From: Chromera velia
Lineage: Eukaryota
Direction of reading: 5' to 3'
Assembly: GCA_018398765.1 (NCBI GenBank)
Contig: JAHBMJ010000031.1
Coordinates: forward strand, 1 to 59,621
Length of the DNA: 59,621 nucleotides
Made by a program: the position numbers and the translations under genes. Positions 51,701 to 59,621 of this stretch are shown in pieces. The notes under the pieces were generated by a model that was given only the letters and a program-made list of their open reading frames with translations, was not told where the DNA came from and searched no databases. Every line of letters begins with the position of its first letter. Within the stretch, counting starts at the first letter, position 1.

Positions 51701-52673
51701 TTATTTAAAGAGAAGAAAGGTAGAGTTACCAAGTGATCTGTCTTCGTACTCTGTGAACAGAAGAGAGAGGAGAGCGGAGAGCGCGGGGAAGCGGGCGTAC
51801 CTTGTGGGTCCTCCCGTGGGGGGTTTTGAAGGAGAAGAGGGGGGATGGGTAGATGATGAGAGTGACAGCCTCAGCCTCGGGCCTCCTCTCGGAGATCTCT
51901 CTGACGAGGAGGAGCTGGAGAGTCTGAGGGAACTTTTCGAGGGGGGGGGGGNGCTGAGAAAGAGACAGCCAGGCGAGATCGCCTTACTCCAGCGTTTCCA
52001 CCCTTCCCTTGCGGAGGCCTATCAGCGTACCGTCACTCGCACAGACGCGGGGCTGCCGAGACGGATTCAGCCAATCGATAGGTCCTTGCCCGCACTGCTG
52101 GGCGTCTCTGAATCACAGAGACAGGCAGGGTTGGAGGGCGAGGAGTCGCAGGTGAAGGGGACGAGGCGGGACGACAGCAGCCGTCTGAGTACGGTGGACG
52201 CGGCTGTACGAGAGGCAGAGGGGGAGGAAAGGGGAGAGGAGCCTGATGAAGAGAGGGAGGGAGAGTCCCTCTTCCGTACTGCAGTTGCGCGGCTGCCCGG
52301 GCGGGTGGCCGATAAGTTGCGGCCGCCTTATTTAAAGAGAAGAAAGGTAGAGTTACCAAGTGATCTGTCTTCGTACTCTGTGAACAGAAGAGAGAGGAGA
52401 GCGGAGAGCGCGGGGAAGCGGGCGTACCTTGTGGGTCCTCCCGTGGGGGGTTTTGAAGGAGAAGAGGGGGGATGGGTAGATGATGAGAGTGACAGCCTCA
52501 GCCTCGGGCCTCCTCTCGGAGATCTCTCTGACGAGGAGGAGCTGGAGAGTCTGAGGGAACTTTTCGAGGGGGGGGGGGCGGGGGAAAAAGATCCATGGAA
52601 AGGAGAGGGAGAAGAGGGGTCCCTTGGTGGGAAGATGGTTCTTTTAGAAGAACGACAACGAGATTTTTCATAA
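42691..52673 (+). CDS. DEAD-box RNA helicase (DEVD variant), probably plastid-targeted, with long acidic C-terminal extension
   Basis: Q motif GIQTPTSIQ, I SETGSGKT, Ia PTRELAIQV (exon 42691-43707); II VLDEVD (~44864-45007); III SAT (45861-46106); IV IVF (46243-46367); V ARGLHF (48156-48243); VI HIAGRTGRQG (junction to 48940-49002); last exon 49361-52673. Confidence 0.93.
46578..46720. repeat. 43-bp intronic tandem repeat (~3 copies)
   Basis: gcttttgcttttgagtgtgaatcagctgacatggctaccacgt twice plus partial copies. Confidence 0.85.
51326..52578 (+). repeat. Apparently exact 627-bp-offset direct duplication around a single N (probable assembly artefact)
   Basis: 51326-51951 repeats at 51953-52578, joined at a G-run and N 51952. 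Confidence 0.85.
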
Positions 52674-52929
52674 CGCATTGAACAGCCGCATCCGTAGTCA
52701 CCGCCAGTGATATCTATGCAACATTTTAAAGTGTGACCTCTCATATATGTAATTCATTTGTGTTAAATAATTTGAAGTCTTTAAAAATGCTAGACTAGAT
52801 GCAAAAAAAAAGTTACCCGCACGCCGGACATTCGGCATGTATTGGGGCGGGAGGTAGCGGGGGGGCAATCTTTCGGATATGAATCTTAATCTTAATCTTT
52901 ATATAGGCCTTGCACTCATGTGCACTTCA

Positions 52930-53152
52930 TTGATTGATTTGATTGATTGATTGATTGATATGTTCCGCCCTAGGGCCTTCCCGCTATGTTTATCTGTCGC
53001 CAGAGCTAGCAGGGCGGGGCGTTCCCCAGCCTAAGCTGAGGTATTCATTAAAAAAAAGGAAAGTTTCTGATTTTTTTTTATTAGACATAACGGGAAGGCG
53101 GCTGAAGGCCTAGCGCCTAGCTAGCCTAGCGCGGAACCAATCAATCAATCAG
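52930..53152. mobile_element. Short element with inverted (TTGA)n/(ATCA)n microsatellite termini
   Basis: gattgatatgttccgccctagg pairs imperfectly with cctagcgcggaaccaatcaatc; left end shared with ~2898-2965. Confidence 0.65.
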
Positions 53153-53861
53153 TTATAGGAAACATATAGTTTTTAATGCAAACACTTTTACAATACTTGA
53201 ACAACAGTTGTTTCCCTATTTATTTGTTATTATTATATATGATGATATACAAAAAAAAGTTTTCTGATCTTATTTTTTTTTTAATGCAGCTAGTGAAGCC
53301 TGTGAAGGGCCTACTACTAGCTACTACTGGCTTAATTAGCTGAATCCTAATCGTATTTATAAGACATTATACTATTAACAGGGAATACTCGTAATCAAGG
53401 ATTGACAAATTATTAAACTGCATATACCTTATGTAAATGTGATGGTCGGTGCGGGGCTGACGTGCGCGGTGCGATCAGATACCGCGGCGTGAATTCCTGG
53501 GGGGCCACGGCATACGCGAGCGTGCGGGGGCCACGTGTTTTACTGAGGAGACGGAGTTGATTCAGACTGATTGATCTGATGGTTGTATGATTGAGAGTTG
53601 TCAGTCTGTTGTCGTGCGTCAGACAGTGCAGATCGTAAGATAAACGGACACCGCGCGTTTTAGACACACGTTCTCGTAGGCAGCTTGTGTGCGCGTCTTG
53701 TCTCCAGCCTGAATTAATTGAGGCTTCTAGATTGATCAGCAAAGGAACCTCTCGGAAAGGGAGCAATGCATACGGTGAATTTGAACAGACCCTTATGTAT
53801 CGTGTGCGTTGAGTAGCGGCAGCCTTCTAGACGTCTAGAGAACATTCACACCATCATAATT

Positions 53862-53885
53862 TAGTGCTCCCAGGCGGGCTCAAAC
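53862..53885 (+). other. Primer-binding site complementary to a tRNA 3' end (tRNA-Ile-like)
   Basis: tagtgctcccaggcgggctcaaac equals TGGTGCTCCCAGGCGGGCTCGAAC with two G>A changes, i.e. the complement of ..GTTCGAGCCCGCCTGGGAGCACCA. Implies the true 5' LTR ends near 53850-53858. Confidence 0.65.
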
Positions 53886-53918
53886 GTTTCGTTCTCTTTT
53901 TGTTGCAGACGTCTCGAA

Positions 53919-56900
53919 ATGCTAGGAGACAACTCCTAGGTTTCTGCAGCTGCCGGTGCTTCCCCTTCTCCTCCCAAGCCCCATGACTTCAACTGGGTGA
54001 ACGAACTGAACTCCATGGAAGGTTTCGACCTTTGGAGGAGAGAGTTCCTAAAGTTTGCCAAGTTCCAGCTCAAGGCCAAGTTCATTCCGGATGATGATGA
54101 GAGGAAAGAGCTCTAGACCCTGGCGTTATTATGTGCTTTCAAGAAGTTTGACAACCTCAAAGATAGCACGCTCACCATCGAAGAGCAGGAGCAGAAGTTT
54201 GGGGAGGATCTTCTCACTGCTGTCGCCGCTACGATTCTTGATCCCAAGGAATCGGAGCGCAGACAGTTTGAGGAGAGGTACATTGCGATGAAGAGAGAGA
54301 GGGGAGACGACCTTTTCCAGGCCCTGGTGAAGGAGGACAAGCTCCTTGCCAAGGCAAAGGTGAAAGGCTACAAGCTTGATCCTTCCACTCAAAAGTGCAC
54401 TCTTGAGAAGATGTGCTTGGACAAGGAGTGGCTGGATGGAGTGAGGAGGGCAGCCAGTGAATTGAAGAAGGAGTCCGATGCTCTGACGTATGCCGAGATC
54501 CGTCCCCGTCTCGTCGAGGATGCCAAGATCCTCCATGGGAAGAGGGTTAGCAGGCAGGTGGAGGAATCGTCTAAGCCCAAGATGACCCCACCTCCCAAGC
54601 ACCAAGAGTTTTCTGGGGCGGCAGAGGGACGTGCGAAGAAGGGAAAGAAAGGAAAGGGGAAGAAGGGTAAGAGGGAAATGACTCCCTCCTATGATGCCAA
54701 TGCTGCTTCGTCCAGCAGCTCCCCATCCGGTCCCTCCGGTTCCCGCTACTCCAGCTGCAGGTTTGTGTACAGGGGAGACAAGTGCCCTGCCAAGAACGCC
54801 ACCTGTGGCATGAAAGACACGCCTGGGTGTGGGGAGAAGGGGCATTTTATGAGCTGCTGCCTGAAGAAGAGACAGTGGGGGAGAGAGGCCGCCGGGGCAG
54901 CAGTCTCTTCATTCTTGTTTTTTCTCTGTGTGTGCGGGGGAAGGGAAAGATGAGACATCTCTTTCTGCAAAAAATAGAAAGCATCTCCTGTATGTGCTAC
55001 ATTCTCGTCTTGCACATGCAACGGGGGAGCAACTCCTTTTGACGTTGAGAGAGAAGGGGGTCGGTCTCTCGTACAGCCTGCAAGAGTGCAGGGATGTGCG
55101 GAGGGAGTGTAGGGCATATCGGGAAGTCAACTTCCGCCGTCGGCGTTTGAAGTGTCGGGGGTGGAAGGCCAAGAAGCGTGGAAAAAGAAAGAGGGCTGAG
55201 GCAGAGGAGGTGCTCTCCGGAGTGGGGGGTGACGATAAGAGCGAAGGGAGTGACGAATAGTCATCTTCGGGGGACAGGCGTCCCTTGGAGAAGTTCAACA
55301 GGATCATTTACCACGACATCAAGGACATGAAGAAGAAGGGTTACGGGGGGTTCAGATACGTCTCTATGATTGTTGATTGGAAGTTCCGTCGCGTCTCTCT
55401 GAAGGCCTTTCGGTCGAAGGACCATGCAGAGAGGCACCTTCTTTCGTGGATCCGCCGTTGGGAGGTTGCTGGTTTCGGAAAGCCTCTGATTGTTCGGTCA
55501 GACAACGGTGGGGAGTTTTCGAGAGAGGAAGAGTATCTTCGGGTGTATGAAAATGAGGGGGTTGATAATGAATTTGGCCCGCCAGGCACTCCTGAGGTTC
55601 AGACATTCGTAGAGAGAGCCAATTTGACCTTCATTTCTCTTTTGAACAAATTTTTATTGCAAGCACGCATTCCATTTTTCATGTGGCCGGCTGTCTTGCC
55701 GGGTGTTGCCAATGCACTGAATGATGTGGTGCACAATTCGATCGGCCGTTCTCCGAATGCGTGTATGTTTGGTCGGCCGTCTGGCGTTCCCTCCATTTCT
55801 TGCAGTGATGTTGTGCGCATCACTGACCCTTCTTTCTGTCGTTCCTTGCCCTTCAAAAAGAGTGAGCGTGTTCTTTTCGGGGGGGTAATAGGGCTGAGGG
55901 TCGTTTCGGTTCTTTTCTGCCGGGGAGGAGATGGAAGGCACTGCGGGTCCATCTATTTCACATCGTTCTAGAAGAGTGGGTTGGCGTAGGAACAAGAGAC
56001 TTCAATGCTGACCAAAGGGGAATAGATGGAAGGAAGGAGCAGGAGATTCCCAGCAGAGAGTCAGACGGAGACTTTTGGGTTGGGTGGGATGCCGATGATG
56101 ACCGCACAGATGGGGTGGTCGGGTCTGATGATGCGTTGTCAGATCATATGGATGTAGAGGGTGAGTTGCCTCCTGTAGATCCACCCAGAGGTGTTCGTTC
56201 CTCTGTGCTGAAGGGCGTTCTCGCGAGAGAGTCCAACGGTGCCCTCTTCCCTGCTCAGATAGTTAGGGAGGGGGAACAGCAGTTAAGGGGGGCAAGCATT
56301 GCAAGACTGAAGAAGCAGGAGGATGGTTCTTTTCGTCTTACCGAGTTTGATCGAATCGCACAGAAAGATATCGTGGAGCGTTTTGATCTGCCTGCCAAGG
56401 GCAGACTCCCCGAGTCTATTCTGCAGCGCCTTGCAGAGGAGGCTCCACATCTAGAGCCCCCAGTCCCTCAGCCTGTCGCTGAGAACTCCGATCCCGTTGA
56501 TGTTGACTTTCCGTCCCCCGTTGATGGGATAGTAGAGCAAGTTGTCGAAGAAGCGAGAGTAGCTGAGTTTAGTCGTTGGTCACAGATGACAAAGAAACAA
56601 AGGAAAGCAGCAGTGAGGGAGAACAGAGAGAAGCGACGCAAGTTGACAGAGGAACGGATAAGCAAGGCAATGGACATGCACTTTGAAGTCGCGTGTGCCG
56701 TCCTGAAAACAGAGAGAGCAAGAAAGCTTTTGCAGAGAGAGAACAAAGCGAAAGGACACATTTTGGCCACCAAAGAGGAGATAGAGCAAGGTCTCTTCAA
56801 AGAGGCAGATTGGAAAGAGCTGGCCCGGTGGTGTGTTTGTTCTGTTTTTGATTTGTTTTCGCAGACCTTGACTCCCCAGCCAGGGGTGAAGGGTATCACC

Positions 56901-58283
56901 CTCCGTTGGGTCCGGACGTGGAAGCTGAAGGAGGGGAAGAGAGTTGCGAAGTCGAGGCTCATTGCCCGGGGGTTTCAGGACCCTCGAGATTCAGAGCTTC
57001 TCAAAACCTACTCCGGGACTGCAGATGCAGGCCTGGCAAGGGTTGCGTTTGTTTGGGCCCTCAGTTGGGGGTGGCAAGCAGCGAAGGTCGATGTGTCGAC
57101 TGCCTTCCTGCAGGCTCCGATCGGTGAAGGTGTGTGGCAGCTTCGTTTGCCTAATGACCTGCCGATTGAGGTCTATCCTGGCTTGCGTTATAGGGTGTAC
57201 ATCAAGATTGTGAAGGCCGTCTACGGACTGGCCGATGCTCCCAAGTGTTACACCGATTTCTTCAAGAAGAAGGTTCGTGGGCTGGGGTGGACAGAGGTTT
57301 GTGAGTCGATTCTCGTGAAGAGAAACAGGAAGGGGGAGGCGATTGGTCTGATGGTGATGCACATAGACGACCTGTTTGTGTTTTCTCCATCTGTCGATGA
57401 CGACATAGCAGCAGTATGTACGATGTTCAACACAGATGAGCTTGAGCGTATGGACAATGGAGAGATGCACACCTATGTCAGCATGTCGGTGTGCATGAGG
57501 GATGGTGAGATGCTCCTTGATCAGAGCGTCTACATCATGAACATGGCAGAGTCTGTCAGTCTAGAAGCAAAGAAGCCGATCACAGACAAAGACTTCCTTC
57601 TCCCAACCGAGAAGGATGTCGATCCTTCATTGCAGAAGGAGCAGCAAAGGAATGTGGGGGCATTGGGATGGGCGGTTCGCACCCAGCCTAGCCTCTTATT
57701 TTTGTTTTCCCACCTGTTCCGCTCGAACACCCGTCCGTCTCTTGCCTCTGTGCTGGCTCCTGAAAAAGCACTGTGGCACGCAAAGGTGACGGCCAAGCCT
57801 TTGAAGCTGAAAAAGGTGAGAGGGGTGCCCGTACTTGTTGTGTGGGTCGATGCATCCTACCAATTAAGTTTGAGAGAGGGGAAATTGGGATGGGAGATGC
57901 AGATCCTCGATCAAGAGGAGGTGGGTGATTTGGAGAGAGTGAGTGAGGACAACACCGTTGTGTGGGCGAGCAAGAAGTGCACTCGAAAGCTCGGGTCCAC
58001 CACCACTGCAGAGTTGTTTGCGATGCGTGATGGTGTCAAGCTTTCCTTCAGTGTGTTCAACTTGATCAAGAAACTTTGGGGAGTGTTTCCCAAGGTTCTC
58101 GTTGTAAGTGACTCATAGCTCTTAATGAATTAGTTGGCCAGCAGGCAGTGCAAGAGTGAGCCTCATCAGCAGGCTGAGCTTGAGTATGTCTTGCAGGAGT
58201 TGGCAGATTTGGGGGCAACGGTCAAGTGGGTGCCCACTGGTCAGCAGAAAGCTGATCATCAGACCAAATTTTTGAAAGTCTGA
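53919..58283 (+). pseudogene. Copia gag-pol polyprotein pseudogene
   Basis: ATG 53919. Gag knuckle C..GCGEKGHFMSCC; integrase Zn domain LHSRLAH..ECRAY; core YHDI, IVRSDNGGEF, VERAN; RT KSRLIARGFQD, DVSTAFLQ, KAVYGL, HIDDL; RNase H WVDASY, TAEL. TGA 58281-58283. In-frame TAG at 53937, 54114, 55258, 58116, 58131 plus frameshifts. Confidence 0.92.
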
Positions 58284-58692
58284 ACATTCTGGTGTTAGCG
58301 TTGTGTGCAGTCACATTCTGTGCGTGCGTGCATGAATGGAATTCATGGGGGGTGATTGTGAATGTGATGGTCGGGGCGGGGCTGACGTGCGCGGCGCGAT
58401 CAGATACCGTGTCGTGAATTCCTGGGGGGCCACGGCATGTGCGAGCATGCGGGGGCCACGTGCTTTGCTGAAGAGACAGAGTTGATTCAGACTGATTGAT
58501 CTGATGGTTGTATGATTGAGAGTTGTCAGTCTGTTGTCGTGCGTCAGACAGTGCAGATCGTAAGATAAACGAACACCGCGCGTTTTAGACACTGCTATGC
58601 GCTATCAAAGCGTGACTAGAAAGAAAATGAGAATTAAATAAATTGACTTAATCGAAAATAGTGCTAAGCAAAAGAGAATGGTGTGTGTTGCT

Positions 58693-58771
58693 TACGTTCA
58701 TGACTTAGTGGTTAACATACAACATTAACAAACAGAAGATCATAGGTTCAATCCTCGCTACCTGCCTTTTT
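58693..58771 (+). pseudogene. Degenerate tRNA-like sequence (tRNA pseudogene or SINE head)
   Basis: A-box-like tgacttagtggtta (58701) and B-box-like ggttcaatcc (58745) at tRNA spacing, followed by a T-run; stems do not pair well. Confidence 0.35.
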
Positions 58772-59463
58772 AAGAATTAACAAGAAAAGAGATGGGACGT
58801 TAACGTCCTGTACTATATAGATTTTGGCCTGTCGCATTTCGATCGAAATCACATGAAAGACTTCCGAAAGACTTTCTAGAAGACTGCTATGAAATCAGAT
58901 CGATCGCTGAATCACAAGAAAGCTCCATGCTCCTGACATCGATCGAGTCTGTCACTAGGGATCGACCTGAACCGCTTCAGCGACATCAAGCCCTGAAGAC
59001 CCTTGAACCTCTGCAAGCACTTACTAGCGCCAACCCCTCTAAGTAGGCCTTAACACGTGGTGACGCCTAGCTTGAGATCAACAAGATCAAAGAGCTGAGC
59101 GAACGGAGACCAACCTTCTCTGCCGAACAACAACTATTTTGCAAGCAACGTAGACCACCTTCTTCGCCCAGAGAAGGTTCACCCAGAGGAAACCGGAACG
59201 CTGTGATCATCTACACGCATACTACACGAGCCCACACCTACGAGCCATCAACTCAAACCTCAATTTATACGCCCTCGACTTGGCCGTCCCTTTGGTGTCC
59301 TGTACCTGCAAGGAGAAGAAGCAAGACCACATCGCGAAGCGCTGCTAGAATTTCTGACGGAACCCCACTTTCTGTCCTCTTCCATAAATCGACATCAGAC
59401 AGGACCACACCGCGAAGCGCTGCTGAAATTTCTGACTGTACCGCCTTTTCCTACCCTTTTTAT

Positions 59464-59621
59464 AAATTTCACGCATTCTACCTAACAGTGAATTTGACTT
59501 CTCTTCATTTCTCTGTGAACGGCGAAGCCCTGCTCTTTTTGCAAATTTCACGCATTCTACCTGACAGTGAATTTGACTTCTCTTCATTTCTCTGTGAACG
59601 GCGAAGCCCTGCTCTTTTTGC
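59464..59621. repeat. 79-bp tandem repeat (2 copies, runs to window edge)
   Basis: 59464-59542 vs 59543-59621 differ only at cctaac/cctgac; preceded by a ~34-bp direct repeat (gaccaca.cgcgaagcgctgct) at ~59325 and ~59403. Confidence 0.9.

Larger units (their letters stand above)
53432..58591 (+). mobile_element. Ty1/copia LTR retrotransposon, decayed
   Basis: 235-bp LTR match 53432-53666 vs 58357-58591 (13 mismatches by eye); PBS at 53862; G-rich PPT-like tract before 58357; gag-integrase-RT-RNase H order. Confidence 0.95.

Noticed and set aside
51326..52578. 209-aa internal protein repeat in the helicase tail
   Set aside because: Copies look identical and meet at a G-run with a single N, typical of unmerged contig overlap; needs long reads before being treated as real.
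53919..58283. TAG reassigned to Gln (alternative genetic code) as the explanation for in-frame TAGs
   Set aside because: Long host exons contain no in-frame TAG, the affected elements also have TAA/TGA stops and frameshifts, and non-coding repeats show the same transitions.

Overview
Eukaryotic, intron-rich genomic DNA with GT-AG introns full of CA, TC, GAAA and ATGC microsatellites. The intron style and a helicase with a signal peptide + Phe + transit-like leader suggest a plastid-bearing alveolate such as Chromera velia (inference, not verified). Host genes: a terminal exon at the left edge, a large multi-exon coiled-coil gene (- strand, ~8.5-17.2 kb), a secreted protein with two hydrophobic Gly/Ala-rich segments (32.1-36.6 kb), a HET-domain/LRR pseudogene ending in a Ras-type CaaX box (- strand, 39.5-41.8 kb) and a probably plastid-targeted DEAD-box RNA helicase (42.7-52.7 kb). 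Mobile DNA: a decayed Ty1/copia element, a 5'-truncated CRE-like non-LTR retrotransposon, a second RLE-type relic, a possible Plavaka/CACTA-like ORF and several MITE/foldback families. The most striking signal is directional decay of repeated DNA. All 12 point-nonsense codons I could place in the copia, CRE and HET-LRR frames are one C>T step from CAG/CAA/CGA (9 are TAG). Paired repeats differ mostly by transitions, and old elements end up TpA/CTAG-rich. This resembles fungal RIP or non-CG methylation-driven decay in an apparently non-fungal genome. Exon boundaries and mismatch counts were read by eye and are approximate.
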